This document shows positions 42,713 through 52,960 of a stretch of DNA of 64,000 bases, in pieces. Source of the stretch: Actinomycetota bacterium. GTDB lineage: Bacteria > Actinomycetota > Actinomycetes > S36-B12. Each line of letters starts with the position of its first letter. Position 1 is the first letter of the stretch. The stretch lies in contig JAFMFD010000006.1 of the NCBI GenBank assembly GCA_017856385.1, positions 3,467 through 67,466 of the forward strand. Direction: 5' to 3'. The notes beneath the pieces are model-generated. The model was given only the letters and a program-made list of their open reading frames with translations. It did no database searches and had not been told where the DNA came from. The position numbers were made by a program, and so were the translations under genes.

Positions 42713-43928
42713 GACCGTCGATGCTGCGGATCGCGGGCAGCGCCACGGTGATTGCGCAGACGATGATCAGCAGCACCGCGAGCGCCACGTACACCACCGA
42801 TACACCCCATCGCTGGGTGGCGATCCCGGTGAGCAGCATCGCCGCGGGCGGGAACACGTAGAACGCCGTGAGCTGCACGCTGAACACCCGGCCCTGCTCC
42901 TGCGCAGGGACCCTGCGCTGCACCGCGGTGTTGAGCAGCGGCTGCATGGGACCCCAGCTGAGGCCGAGCACGAACCCCGCGAAGACGAGCAGAGGCAATC
43001 CCGGGAGCAGGGCCATCGGGATGACGCCGACCATCGTGCCCACCAAGGCCACGATGATGATCCGGTACTGCGTCATGCGTGCGGACAGCCAGCCGTAGGC
43101 GAACGCGCCGATCACCGATCCGCCGGCCAGGGCGCCGATCACGATGCCCAGGCCGGTGGGCGAGTCGAGGGACTCGAAGTGGACGGGCAGCAGGACGGTC
43201 TCGGTGGGCAGGTAGACCCCGGCCAGCACCATGATCGCGATTGTCAGCGTGCGCAGTGCAGCATCGGCGCGCAGGGTCGCGAACCCGCGCGTGAGCCCCC
43301 GCCAGCCGCTCACGTCGGCGGCACCCGCCTCGACGGCCTCGCGTCCGGAGTCCTGCACGCGCATGCAGGCGATGCTCGCGGAGGCGACGATGAACAGGAC
43401 CGCCGGCACCCACAGGGCCGACACCGCGCCGACGCTCGCGATGAGGGCGGCCCCGATCAGCGGACCCACCGCCCAGCCTGCCGCGAACAGGGACTCGTGT
43501 ACTCCGTTGAGTGTCTCGAGTCGCACGCCACCGGCACGCGAGGCGTCGATGATCAGCGACTTGCGGGCGGTGTAGCCGCCGGGATCCAGGCTCGCCCCGA
43601 TGATGGCGAGGACGAGCACCCACGCGAAGTCGAGCCCGATCAGCCAGCCGACGATCGGAAAGGCCACGACGGAGACCGCGGACGCGAGGTCCGACACCAC
43701 GCTCACCACGCGGCGTCCGTACCTGTCAACCGCAGCACCGATGAGGGGGACGACCACGAGGGCTGGGAGCGTGGACACCGCGGCGAGCAGCCCTGCGGCG
43801 GCCGCGGATCCGGTGAGCTCGAGCACGAGCCAAGGGAGCACCACCATGACGATCCCGTTGCCCGTTCCGGACACCGCGTTGGCCACCTCGAGCAGCACCA
43901 CGGGCGTGCGCGAGGGCCGGGACGTCAC
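42675..43928 (-). CDS. MFS efflux transporter (Tap/Rv1258c-like)
   Basis: 12 TM; [27 protein letters not shown]. Confidence 0.85.
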   Translation of the reverse strand: MTSRPSRTPVVLLEVANAVSGTGNGIVMVVLPWLVLELTGSAAAAGLLAAVSTLPALVVVPLIGAAVDRYGRRVVSVVSDLASAVSVVAFPIVGWLIGLDFAWVLVLAIIGASLDPGGYTARKSLIIDASRAGGVRLETLNGVHESLFAAGWAVGPLIGAALIASVGAVSALWVPAVLFIVASASIACMRVQDSGREAVEAGAADVSGWRGLTRGFATLRADAALRTLTIAIMVLAGVYLPTETVLLPVHFESLDSPTGLGIVIGALAGGSVIGAFAYGWLSARMTQYRIIIVALVGTMVGVIPMALLPGLPLLVFAGFVLGLSWGPMQPLLNTAVQRRVPAQEQGRVFSVQLTAFYVFPPAAMLLTGIATQRWGVSVVYVALAVLLIIVCAITVALPAIRSIDGPTARPPGPAPQA

Positions 43929-43947
43929 GCTCGCTACCGTAACCACC

Positions 43948-44691
43948 ATGACCCGATCCGACGGACGCGCCGCTGACCAGCTTCGACCCATCACCTTCGA
44001 GAGGGGATGGCTGGAGCAGGCCGAGGGATCGACCCTGGTGTCGTTCGGCCGCACGCGCGTGCTGTGCACCGCGTCGTTCTCGTCCGACATCCCCCGCTGG
44101 CTGAAGGGCTCGGGCAAGGGCTGGGTCACCGCGGAGTACGCGATGCTCCCGCGCGCGACCAACACCCGCAACCAGCGCGAGTCGGTCAAGGGCAAGCTCG
44201 GCGGCCGCACGCAGGAGATCTCCCGACTGATCGGGCGCAGCCTGCGTGCCGTCGTCGACATGGAGGTGCTGGGCGAGAACAGCATCCTCATCGACTGTGA
44301 TGTGCTGCAGGCCGACGGTGGCACCCGCACCGCGGCCATCACCGGTGCTTACGTGGCGCTCGCCGACTCGATCGCGTGGGCGCAGCAGAACGGCCTCCTC
44401 GCTCCCGGAGTGAACCCGCTCAAGGGCTCGGTCGCCGCCGTGAGCGTCGGGATCGTGGAGGGTGAACCGCGCCTGGATCTCCACTACGACGACGACGTCA
44501 ACGCCGACACCGACATGAACGTGGTCATGACTGGTGACGGTCGTTTCGTCGAGGTGCAGGGCACGGCCGAGCAGGAGCCCTTCGACCGCGTGCTGCTGGA
44601 CCGGCTGCTTGCCCTCGCGGGTGACGGCTGCGCGCAACTCGCCACGCTGCAGCAGCAGGCGCTTGCCGCCCCGCTGACCGCTCGGGGCTGA
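43948..44691 (+). CDS. rph: Ribonuclease PH
   Basis: [42 protein letters not shown]. Confidence 0.97.
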   Translation: MTRSDGRAADQLRPITFERGWLEQAEGSTLVSFGRTRVLCTASFSSDIPRWLKGSGKGWVTAEYAMLPRATNTRNQRESVKGKLGGRTQEISRLIGRSLRAVVDMEVLGENSILIDCDVLQADGGTRTAAITGAYVALADSIAWAQQNGLLAPGVNPLKGSVAAVSVGIVEGEPRLDLHYDDDVNADTDMNVVMTGDGRFVEVQGTAEQEPFDRVLLDRLLALAGDGCAQLATLQQQALAAPLTARG

Positions 44692-44692
44692 G

Positions 44693-45301
44693 GTGGCCTC
44701 GCAGGTCGTCCTCGCGACGCGCAACCGCAAGAAACTCGACGAACTGCACCGGATCCTCGAGGCGGAGGGCCTCGACGTCGAGATCCTCAGCCTCGACGCC
44801 TTCCCGGATGCCCCAGAGGTCCCGGAGACTGAGTCGACCTTCGCCGGCAACGCGCTGCTCAAGGCCAGAGCCATTGCCCAGGCCACGGGCCTGCCCGCCG
44901 TGGCCGACGACTCCGGGCTCTGCGTCGATGCACTCAACGGCATGCCGGGGGTCCTGAGTGCTCGCTGGGCCGGAGGCCACGGTGACGACGACGCCAACCT
45001 CGACCTCGTGCTCGCGCAGATCGAGGACACCCCGGACCGCCGACGTGGAGCCTCGTTCATGTGCGCAGCCGCCGTCGCACTTCCCGATGGCACGGAGCGC
45101 GTCGTCGAGGGCTCGGTCGAAGGCACCCTCTTGCGCGAGCGACGTGGCGAGAATGGGTTCGGGTACGACCCGATCTTCGTGCCCCTTGGACATGACGTCA
45201 CCACAGCGCAGATGTCGGCCGCGGAGAAGGACGCCATCAGTCACCGCGGCCGGGCGCTCCGGTCGCTGGCGCCTGTGCTGGCCGAACTGCTCGCTTCCTA
45301 G
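44693..45301 (+). CDS. rdgB: dITP/XTP pyrophosphatase
   Basis: LATRNRKK, ADDSGL, GFGYDPIF, SHRG. Confidence 0.95.
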   Translation: MASQVVLATRNRKKLDELHRILEAEGLDVEILSLDAFPDAPEVPETESTFAGNALLKARAIAQATGLPAVADDSGLCVDALNGMPGVLSARWAGGHGDDDANLDLVLAQIEDTPDRRRGASFMCAAAVALPDGTERVVEGSVEGTLLRERRGENGFGYDPIFVPLGHDVTTAQMSAAEKDAISHRGRALRSLAPVLAELLAS

Positions 45302-45337
45302 ACCCCGGGCCACCTGACACGCGGTTGGGTTGGGGGA

Positions 45338-46408
45338 GTGGGGGCGTGGCGTGAGGAGTTCCGTGACTCCTTCCTAGTGTTCGGTCTGCTCGCCTTCTTC
45401 TTCCTCGTTCCCTGGGTGCACTGGCAGTACCGCAGGTACGGGCGATGGCGGGGCTGGCCCGCTGTCGTGTCCGTGGCGACCGTCCTCTATGCGTGCTCCC
45501 TGTTCGCCTTCACGACGTTCCCGTTCCCGGACACGTCCGATCCCGACCTGTGCACCGGGGCTGGGCTGCGTTCCTACTGGCAGACCACTCCGTTCGCCTC
45601 CTTGGGCGATGTGGCGGCGTACGCCACGAGCAACGGACTCATCGACACGCTCACCTCCGGCGTGTTCCTGCAGGTGTTCATCAACATCGTGTTCTTCGTG
45701 CCCCTGGGCTTCCTGCTGGCCTATCGGTGGCGACGTGGTGTCCTCTCAGCCCTCGGGATCTCCTTCGCTGTCTCGCTGCTGATCGAGGCGACGCAGGGAA
45801 CCGGACTGTGGGGCCTGATGCCATGCCCCTATCGCCTGGCCGACGTCGACGACCTGCTGACCAACACTCTCGGTGGCCTTGTGGGCTGGGTGCTCGGGTG
45901 GTGGCTGATCCGCTACCTGCCCTCGCCCCGGCCGGAGAAGGAGGATGACGTCGATCCTCCCACTCGACGGCGGATCGCCCTGGCGAACGCGATGGACATC
46001 TACACGTTCGCGTTCGTATTCGTCATCGCGGCGCTGCTCCTCGGCCTGGCCGGGATCGACGTGGCGGCATCCGCTCTCCAGCTGGCGGGGGCATCGTTGG
46101 TGGTCTCGCTCGTGCTCTTCGTGGTCGTCCCCGGCCTGCGGAATGACAGCGCGGGACCGGGAATCTCGGCGGCGGATCTGGTGCCGCTGTCCCGCACCAC
46201 CGGTGAGCCGGCGGGATGGTGGGCCCTGACGATCCGCTGGGCCCTGTGGTGGATTCCCTTCGCGGCCCTGGGCATTCCCGGGCTTGCTGTGATGGTCGTG
46301 GTCGACGGAATCGTATCGCTCGGCCGACGTGATAGGCGGGGGCTGCGCAGTGTCGTCTCCGGCACTGCGTTCACCACGCGCGCGCAGTGGCTGTCCCGCT
46401 GCCGTTGA
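45338..46408 (+). CDS. VanZ family membrane protein with RDD-like C-terminus
   Basis: NIVFFVPLG, SLLIEATQ, DVDDLLTNTLG. Confidence 0.82.
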   Translation: MGAWREEFRDSFLVFGLLAFFFLVPWVHWQYRRYGRWRGWPAVVSVATVLYACSLFAFTTFPFPDTSDPDLCTGAGLRSYWQTTPFASLGDVAAYATSNGLIDTLTSGVFLQVFINIVFFVPLGFLLAYRWRRGVLSALGISFAVSLLIEATQGTGLWGLMPCPYRLADVDDLLTNTLGGLVGWVLGWWLIRYLPSPRPEKEDDVDPPTRRRIALANAMDIYTFAFVFVIAALLLGLAGIDVAASALQLAGASLVVSLVLFVVVPGLRNDSAGPGISAADLVPLSRTTGEPAGWWALTIRWALWWIPFAALGIPGLAVMVVVDGIVSLGRRDRRGLRSVVSGTAFTTRAQWLSRCR

Positions 46409-47308
46409 TCAGGTCGTCGGCTCCGCGGGCTCGTCCGCGGAGGAGCGGGCGCGATGCAGAAGCATGCTGGCGACGAGAGCAAGCGACACCATCACGATGG
46501 CGACGACCCAGAAGAACACCAGGATGTCCATCCAGCTGCCCAGAGGAGGCTGGCCGGGGAAAGCGTTGCGGAGTGGCACGAGGGCGAACAGCAAGGCGGT
46601 GAACCACGCTGCGATCGCAATGGTCAGCTCCATCTGATTGGTGGCCACGGAGCGGACGACCCGAATGACCAGCGACACGATGATGATCATCAGCGTCAGG
46701 AACAGCAGAGCGATCCCGATGGTTGAGAAGTCGCGCGCAATGGATCCCGTGATCACCTCTTGGAGGCCTAGGAAGGTCTGGCTGTCCTGCGCGGAGAGCG
46801 ACCACCCGGGGACCCGGAAGAACGTTGAGACGGTCAGCGGGACCCCGATGGTCTCTCCATTGGAAACGGTGCTCGCTGAGACCGTGTAGGTGAAGGAGTA
46901 GCGGTCGAAGGGGTAGTTCTGCACCAACCCGCTCACCGGGAGCATGACCTCATGCGGGGAGGGCACCCGGCCGGCGGCGAAGGTGATCTCCGTCGCCGTG
47001 ACGCTCGGGGTGATCAGGACGCTGACCGGCTGGGTCAGCCGGCCGTCGGGGTCGAGATAGTCACGGCCTGGGAACAGCAGGACGGACATGTTGACCTTGC
47101 GTTCGGCGGCGTAGACGTTCGTCGGCACCAGCGACACCGCGACCTCGTTGGCCTCGGGGCGGGGCGTGACGAAGTCCTCCGACAGTGAGCGCTGATAGGT
47201 CAGCAGCACCGCCACATAAGCGATGACCAGACCGGCCGTGATCAGCCAGCCCAGGTGCTTCAGGTGACGACGGCGCGATGCGGACTCGACGGCAAGGTCA
47301 GCCGACAC
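46409..47308 (-). CDS. DUF4436 family membrane protein
   Basis: N-terminal TM, NYPFDRY, VPGW, ALLFALVPLRNAFPGQPPLGSWMDILVFFW. Confidence 0.8.
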   Translation of the reverse strand: MSADLAVESASRRRHLKHLGWLITAGLVIAYVAVLLTYQRSLSEDFVTPRPEANEVAVSLVPTNVYAAERKVNMSVLLFPGRDYLDPDGRLTQPVSVLITPSVTATEITFAAGRVPSPHEVMLPVSGLVQNYPFDRYSFTYTVSASTVSNGETIGVPLTVSTFFRVPGWSLSAQDSQTFLGLQEVITGSIARDFSTIGIALLFLTLMIIIVSLVIRVVRSVATNQMELTIAIAAWFTALLFALVPLRNAFPGQPPLGSWMDILVFFWVVAIVMVSLALVASMLLHRARSSADEPAEPTT

Positions 47309-47319
47309 GGTTGATCACG

Positions 47320-50300
47320 CTAGCGCGTCACCTTCCACGACCGGGACCACGCGTGGTCGGCGTACTGCTCGGTGTACGGCTTGCCGACCGGGTCACCGAT
47401 GATCGACACGGACACGCGCTTGGCCTTGGTTGACGGCGTGACCACGAGCTTTCCTGTCTTCTTGTTCAGCTTCCACGTGCAGCCACCGGTGCACTTGACC
47501 GCCTCCGAGATGGACACCCACTTCGGGTGCTTCACCTTGGAGATGAGCACGACCTGCTTGCCCGCCTTCAGCTTCGCGGTCGCCTTCTTCGACACCGCCG
47601 CCATCGGGACGGCGTGCTTGGTCACGTTCATCGACGCCCACGTCTCGGCAAGGCCGGCGCCGTCGGCGGTCCGGTAGGTGATGGTGGGTTCGTAGACGCG
47701 CTGGTCGTCGCCGAACTTCGGCTTGCCGGAGATGACACCGGTCGACGGATTGAAGGTCATTCCTGCGGGCAGGTCACCGTTGATGGTGAATGTTCCCCCG
47801 CTGGGAAGACCTGACGTGGTCGGGGTGATCGTCGCCTTGTCACCGATCCCGATCTGGGAGAACTCCGGGTATCGGATCCATGGCGCCACAGTGGCCGAGA
47901 CGGGGACGAGGAACGATGATGTGGTCGTGCCGTAGTCGTCGGTGACGGACACGTGCACCGGGTCTGGATACTGGTTCTCGGTCGTGGGAACGCCGGAAAT
48001 CTCACCGGTCCGAGTGTTCAACGACAGGCCGTCTGGCAGCGACCCGCAGGTGATCTTGTACGTGGTGGCGCCGTGCTCGTTCGCGGTGAACGGTGTGACA
48101 GTGATTGGCTGGCCGACGCTGGCGACCACATCGTCCGGGTAGTTGACGCCGTGGTGCGGGTCGTCGATGGCGAAGTTCACCTCTGCGACACGACGGGTGC
48201 CGTCGGGGGCGGTGACGGCGATGGTGACAGGGCCATGCCCGTTGTTCGCCTTCTCCGGTGTTCCGGCAATGACACCGTCCGTGGCGTACATGCGCAGACC
48301 TGCCGGAAGGGCGCCAGCGATGACGGTGGCTACGGACCCGGGGGCCAGCTCCTTCACGTTTGCGGGCATCGTGAATGTCGACCCGACCGAGCCGTACATC
48401 TCCGCTGGGAAGATCGTGCCCGGTTCGGGAGTGCACGTGGCGCGGTAGTCGGGGTTCGATCCGCCCTTGCCGCCGGTTTGCCCCGCAGCCTGCTGGCCGC
48501 CCGCTGTCGGGGGCGGCGCCGACTTCCCTGCGGTGGACGCTGAGGTGACGGTCCACGTGAACGGAGGCAGCGCCTGTGGTGCCCCCGCACCCGGGGTCAC
48601 CACGGTGACGGTCACGGTGGATGCACCAACCGTGGCGGGGGTCCACGAGATCACGCCGGTGGCGGGGTCGATCGTCATCCCGGCGGTGGCTGAGGCGGGA
48701 TCGAGAACGTACGTGCCGGTGAATCCCACGGGCACGCTCGGGGCGACCTGCGCGGGTGTTGACACGGTCGACGTCTTGGTCGGGTAGGCGGGCAAAGCGC
48801 CTGCGGCTGCGGGGATCGGGGAAATGTTGAGGATCAGGTCCGCGGTCGAGGTCTGTGTGGGGAACCCGGTCTGGGCCTTGGTGACGGTGACGGTGTGGTG
48901 GTTGCCGTATACCGCCGCTGTCGGGGTGCCGGATACGACTCCGGTGGCGGGGTCCAGGTTCAGGCCGGCCGGCAGGGCTGGGTTGACCGTGTAGGTGATT
49001 GACGGGTCAGCTGCCGGTGACGTGGTCGGGGTGATGGTGAGCGGGGACCCGGCGACACCGGTGGTTTGCGGGTAGGAGAAAGCCAGTGCTGACGCGTTGA
49101 TGGTGAAGGAAGCGGTCCCGTCGGCCAGTGTCTTGTTGGTCGGTGGGGTCCGGCACCCGTCCACATCGCCGAGGCCGCGTGCGGCGACGGCGACGACCTT
49201 GACGGTGCCGCGGGCGGGCAGTAGGGGCGTTCCGGTGATCTCACCTGTCTGCACGTTGATGGTCAAGCCCGGAAAACGTGAGCACAGGTCTGGGGCGTAG
49301 AAACCCGCAGGGGTCTTGCCGTTGGCGTTCACCTTCGGCTTCACGGAGATGGGGGCGCCGACATCAGTGATCTGCTGCTGGTACACCAGGCCCCCGGCGA
49401 CAGGGGGAAGATCCTTGATATCAACGACAACCGACGACCGAGCCTCGGGGTAGCCAGCTGAGGAGATCTTCACAAGATAGGTGTGCCCTACTCCAATAGT
49501 GGGAGTGCCGGAGATTTCACCGGTCTGCCTGTCAATCGACAGACCCTTCGGTACCGGGCCGAACCACGTGTACTCGTAGCCCGCATTCCGCATACGTTGA
49601 GCCATGTCCGACGACACGTTCGGGGACACAGACTTGATGGGGGACCCCTCCACTCCCGAAAGAGCCGGGTAGAGGATGGTCGGCGGCAGCGACGTGACGG
49701 TCACCTCGTTCGACGATGCCGACGTCAGCGTCGACCCGGCCTTCAGGTACAGCGTCACCTTCGCGTTCGACGGCATACGCACTCCGGCAGGAATGGTGCT
49801 CGTTCCGGTCGGGGCGCCCAACGACACATCCTTGCCGCTCTGCCCGCTCGCCGGGGCGTTCCAGTTCGCGAACAATTGCAAGCCCGGAAGCCCTGTCGGC
49901 GGGGTGTAGTTGACGTTGATGTCACCGTTCGTCGCGAAGTTCGCCGATTTGAGCACCGGTGCAGGCAGGTCACACGAAGGGGTGGTCATCGTCCACACAG
50001 TCAACGTGATGGGCGAGTTGCTGTTCGTCACACCATCGCGGACCAGTGACGGCGTGTAATCGACCGTGGCGCCGCATGCCTGCACGGCAGGCATCGCTGG
50101 GGACCATTCGGTGCGCCAGCCGGCCGGCGGAGTGAGCGACAACGTGAGCGTCCGGGTTGGGTTGCCCGAGGCAGCGGTGGTCAAATCGCCCCACGCGGAG
50201 CTACCGTTCATGAAATTGCTCGGGTCAGGCAACGACTGGCCCGCCGGGACGGTCGCTGTGGCGGACGCCGTTTTCGTTACCCCGGACTTCGTGCCAGATC

Positions 50301-50907
50301 CCGCGCACGTGAACGTCGCCCCCGTCGCGTCCGCCGTGAACGTCACAGGGGACGGTGAAGGAGTCCCCGAACCCTGCGCCACTGTGGCGGTCGTCGAGTC
50401 GTAGGCGCTGGCGTTCGTGACCGTGCTGGTAACGGTCACCGTGTCACCGATGAACGGGTTCGCGGGTGTCGCGGTACAGGTCACCGTCGCGTCGGGAGCT
50501 GACGGTGCAGGCAGGTCCCCACCGACGAAAGAGGTCGCACTTGATGAAGCACCACTGAGGAAGTCGAAACACTGGAATGCGTTCTTGTCGATGGGGAGAA
50601 TCCCCTCGAACTGGGCACTTGTTTGCGTGCCGGGACCGAAGCGCATTCCGGGTGGCTCACTGAATCCGGCGTTTGACGCGCCAACGGTCTTCCATCCTTG
50701 GACAGCCACCATCGAAAGGCTATCTACCGTTACCGTCACGGTGAAGCTGGCTGTCGGACGTGCGAAATTGGGCTTGTAGTAGGCATCACCCACCTGAGTG
50801 ACCGCGCACTGGGTGATCGCAGCGGACGCAGGGGGCGCAGCGATGAGGAGCCCGCCTGCGGCGATAGCGATCGACGCGAGGACAGCGGTGATTCGTGGCA
50901 GGCGCAT
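47320..50907 (-). CDS. Large secreted putative-Ig (He_PIG) repeat protein
   Basis: Signal peptide; repeated LPxGLx(L/I)xxxTGxISGTP units; Thr/Pro-rich; Lys-rich C-terminal domain; GGAG RBS. Confidence 0.88.
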   Translation of the reverse strand: MRLPRITAVLASIAIAAGGLLIAAPPASAAITQCAVTQVGDAYYKPNFARPTASFTVTVTVDSLSMVAVQGWKTVGASNAGFSEPPGMRFGPGTQTSAQFEGILPIDKNAFQCFDFLSGASSSATSFVGGDLPAPSAPDATVTCTATPANPFIGDTVTVTSTVTNASAYDSTTATVAQGSGTPSPSPVTFTADATGATFTCAGSGTKSGVTKTASATATVPAGQSLPDPSNFMNGSSAWGDLTTAASGNPTRTLTLSLTPPAGWRTEWSPAMPAVQACGATVDYTPSLVRDGVTNSNSPITLTVWTMTTPSCDLPAPVLKSANFATNGDINVNYTPPTGLPGLQLFANWNAPASGQSGKDVSLGAPTGTSTIPAGVRMPSNAKVTLYLKAGSTLTSASSNEVTVTSLPPTILYPALSGVEGSPIKSVSPNVSSDMAQRMRNAGYEYTWFGPVPKGLSIDRQTGEISGTPTIGVGHTYLVKISSAGYPEARSSVVVDIKDLPPVAGGLVYQQQITDVGAPISVKPKVNANGKTPAGFYAPDLCSRFPGLTINVQTGEITGTPLLPARGTVKVVAVAARGLGDVDGCRTPPTNKTLADGTASFTINASALAFSYPQTTGVAGSPLTITPTTSPAADPSITYTVNPALPAGLNLDPATGVVSGTPTAAVYGNHHTVTVTKAQTGFPTQTSTADLILNISPIPAAAGALPAYPTKTSTVSTPAQVAPSVPVGFTGTYVLDPASATAGMTIDPATGVISWTPATVGASTVTVTVVTPGAGAPQALPPFTWTVTSASTAGKSAPPPTAGGQQAAGQTGGKGGSNPDYRATCTPEPGTIFPAEMYGSVGSTFTMPANVKELAPGSVATVIAGALPAGLRMYATDGVIAGTPEKANNGHGPVTIAVTAPDGTRRVAEVNFAIDDPHHGVNYPDDVVASVGQPITVTPFTANEHGATTYKITCGSLPDGLSLNTRTGEISGVPTTENQYPDPVHVSVTDDYGTTTSSFLVPVSATVAPWIRYPEFSQIGIGDKATITPTTSGLPSGGTFTINGDLPAGMTFNPSTGVISGKPKFGDDQRVYEPTITYRTADGAGLAETWASMNVTKHAVPMAAVSKKATAKLKAGKQVVLISKVKHPKWVSISEAVKCTGGCTWKLNKKTGKLVVTPSTKAKRVSVSIIGDPVGKPYTEQYADHAWSRSWKVTR

Positions 50908-50980
50908 GAGACTCCCTTAGCGGCGCAGACCAGAAGAGCATACAACGTGTAAGGAAGAAAATCCGGTGTATGGCCGCCGC

Positions 50981-51583
50981 TTAGCGTCTCCGCTCGCTCT
51001 TGGGGATGATGTGACCACCGAACTGGCCGGGGCGAACCGGCGACAGGATGCCGCGGCGTCGGGCCTTCTCCACCCAGCTCACGACCGTGCGCTTGGAGAC
51101 GAGGAATCGTGTGGATAGCTCATCGGCGTAGCCGCGGCCGAGGTTCAGGTACTCCCTCGCAATCGACTCCAGAAATTCATCGGTGAGTGCCCCGGTTGGG
51201 TCGTGGGCAGGCCCCCCTGCGGCTTCGGGAAACCCACCCACGGGGAGATCGACGGCGTAGACGTCCTTGCCCTCTGCCAGAAGCCTGGGCACCAGGCGCC
51301 CGACGATGTCCAGCGGACTTGCCCAGCGGAACTCATGCTGGAGGCGGACGACGTCCAGGCCATCCTTCTTCCACATGGTCAGGGAGCGCAGCACCAGGGA
51401 GTCGTCGTAGTCAACGACAGCCTCGAAGTACCACACCTTCTCGCCAGACTCGGGATCGATGAACATCAGGTCCACGACCACGGGAAGATCGAGCGTTGTT
51501 GAATCCGAGATAGCCACTGGCCGGGCGTCCGCCATCGGGTAGAGGCGCGAGCTCACCCCTGGCGGCCGTTGGGATGCTGACAC
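50981..51583 (-). CDS. Hypothetical protein with C-terminal HTH (DUF6214-like)
   Basis: LTDEFLESIAREY..VSKRTVVSWVEKARRRGIL; GGAGG RBS. Confidence 0.65.
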   Translation of the reverse strand: MSASQRPPGVSSRLYPMADARPVAISDSTTLDLPVVVDLMFIDPESGEKVWYFEAVVDYDDSLVLRSLTMWKKDGLDVVRLQHEFRWASPLDIVGRLVPRLLAEGKDVYAVDLPVGGFPEAAGGPAHDPTGALTDEFLESIAREYLNLGRGYADELSTRFLVSKRTVVSWVEKARRRGILSPVRPGQFGGHIIPKSERRR

Positions 51584-51600
51584 GATTCCCCCTCCGGAAT

Positions 51601-51624
51601 CCTGACATCACCTTACATGTCAGG
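51601..51624. promoter_or_regulatory. Palindromic site between the HTH gene and the CPBP operon
   Basis: CCTGACAT-N8-ATGTCAGG. Confidence 0.5.
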
Positions 51625-51707
51625 TGACACGGGTGCACAGCGGAGGTCCGACCCACCATCCAGCATGTATCGTCCGCCGCGCGGGGGCGCACAGGACGGA
51701 CGTGTCA

Positions 51708-52523
51708 ATGGGTCGATCAGACATGCATCGCACGGTGGAGCAGCGGGCCCATCGGGCTGTCCGCTGGTTCTTGATCCTTGTTGTCATCCTTGGTTCACCG
51801 CTGATCGTTGCGATGTATGTGGTGGATGCCTCTGTGGGTGAGGCCCTGGTCCTTGGCTTCATGGCGGTGCCGGCGGTGTCGGCGCTCCTTGCTCGCGTTA
51901 TCACGGGGGAGAGGCTCACCATCGGGCGTCCGTCTCTCGTGACGCTGCTTCTGGCGACCATCCCGGCCCTGGCGATGGGTGTGGCGTATGGGGTGCTGGC
52001 TTTGATTCCGGGGACGACGGTGACGTACCTGGGGTTCACCGTCGATGCCACGTATCTGATCTTCGGCATCCTGCAGGCCTCGTTGTTCGCGTTCGGTGAG
52101 GAGCTCGGCTGGCGTGGGTACCTGCTGCCGCAACTGCGACGGACGCGTTCGTTCTTCTCCGCGAACCTCATCCTGGTGATCATCTGGTTCGCGTATCACG
52201 TGCCGGTGATCTTCGCGCCGGGCCTGTATTCCAACCCGGGTATCCCGCTGTGGGCGAGTCTGCTGTTCTTCGCGGTCGCGATCACCGGGTTCAGCTTCTA
52301 CGTCGGTGCCCTGTGGGAGAAGCACCATGACGTCTGGGGTGCGACCTTCGCGCACGGTGTGTGGAACTCGCTGGTGCAGAGCGTGTGGCCGTTGATGTTC
52401 GTCGCGGCCAGTCCGTGGGTGATGGGGGAGTTTGGGGTCGTCGCCGGAGTCGTCACCGTGGTGATCGCACTGGCGTGGGTGCCGCGCGTGGCCCGACGTC
52501 ACCGTGCGCCACTGGAGGTCTGA
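51708..52523 (+). CDS. CPBP (CAAX/Abi) intramembrane glutamic endopeptidase
   Basis: GEELGWRGYL, WFAYH, AHGVWN; start approximate. Confidence 0.88.
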   Translation: MGRSDMHRTVEQRAHRAVRWFLILVVILGSPLIVAMYVVDASVGEALVLGFMAVPAVSALLARVITGERLTIGRPSLVTLLLATIPALAMGVAYGVLALIPGTTVTYLGFTVDATYLIFGILQASLFAFGEELGWRGYLLPQLRRTRSFFSANLILVIIWFAYHVPVIFAPGLYSNPGIPLWASLLFFAVAITGFSFYVGALWEKHHDVWGATFAHGVWNSLVQSVWPLMFVAASPWVMGEFGVVAGVVTVVIALAWVPRVARRHRAPLEV

Positions 52524-52525
52524 CC

Positions 52526-52960
52526 GTGACATCGAGGAGGACCTGGATCCTGCCCATGCTGATGGGCCTCCTGGTCAGCGGTGTCTGGGCCTGGGTGTCC
52601 CTCGCCGCACGCGACGGAATCTCGGGCCCGACGACGCCCCAGATCCTCGTCGCAGCACTCACCCTGCTCCTCGTGATCGCGTGGCGAACTCACACCTGGT
52701 CGATTCAACGCGTCACCGGATCGTCCTTCCTGGGCCTTCTCGCGCGCGGTGCGTGGGAGGGCATGATCCTTGGGATCCTGATGGGCGCAGCCGCCTACGC
52801 AGTTGCGGCCCTGCAGGACGGAACACCGGTAACAGGCTTTCTGGTTGTCATCGTTGCGGTCGGGTGGGCCCTTACCGGCGCGGTGGTCTTCATGGTTCTC
52901 GCGGCCGTGATCGGCATCAGTTCACGCCAGCACACACCTGATTCAGAGGTCTCGTCATGA
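52526..52960 (+). CDS. Hypothetical 4-TM membrane protein
   Basis: GGAGG RBS, GTG start, hydrophobic segments; coupled to neighbours. Confidence 0.6.
   Translation: MTSRRTWILPMLMGLLVSGVWAWVSLAARDGISGPTTPQILVAALTLLLVIAWRTHTWSIQRVTGSSFLGLLARGAWEGMILGILMGAAAYAVAALQDGTPVTGFLVVIVAVGWALTGAVVFMVLAAVIGISSRQHTPDSEVSS

Noticed and set aside
45290-45340. att duplication of the tRNA-Leu 3' end bounding a prophage or ICE
   Set aside because: No matching sequence seen and no integrase or phage genes in the window
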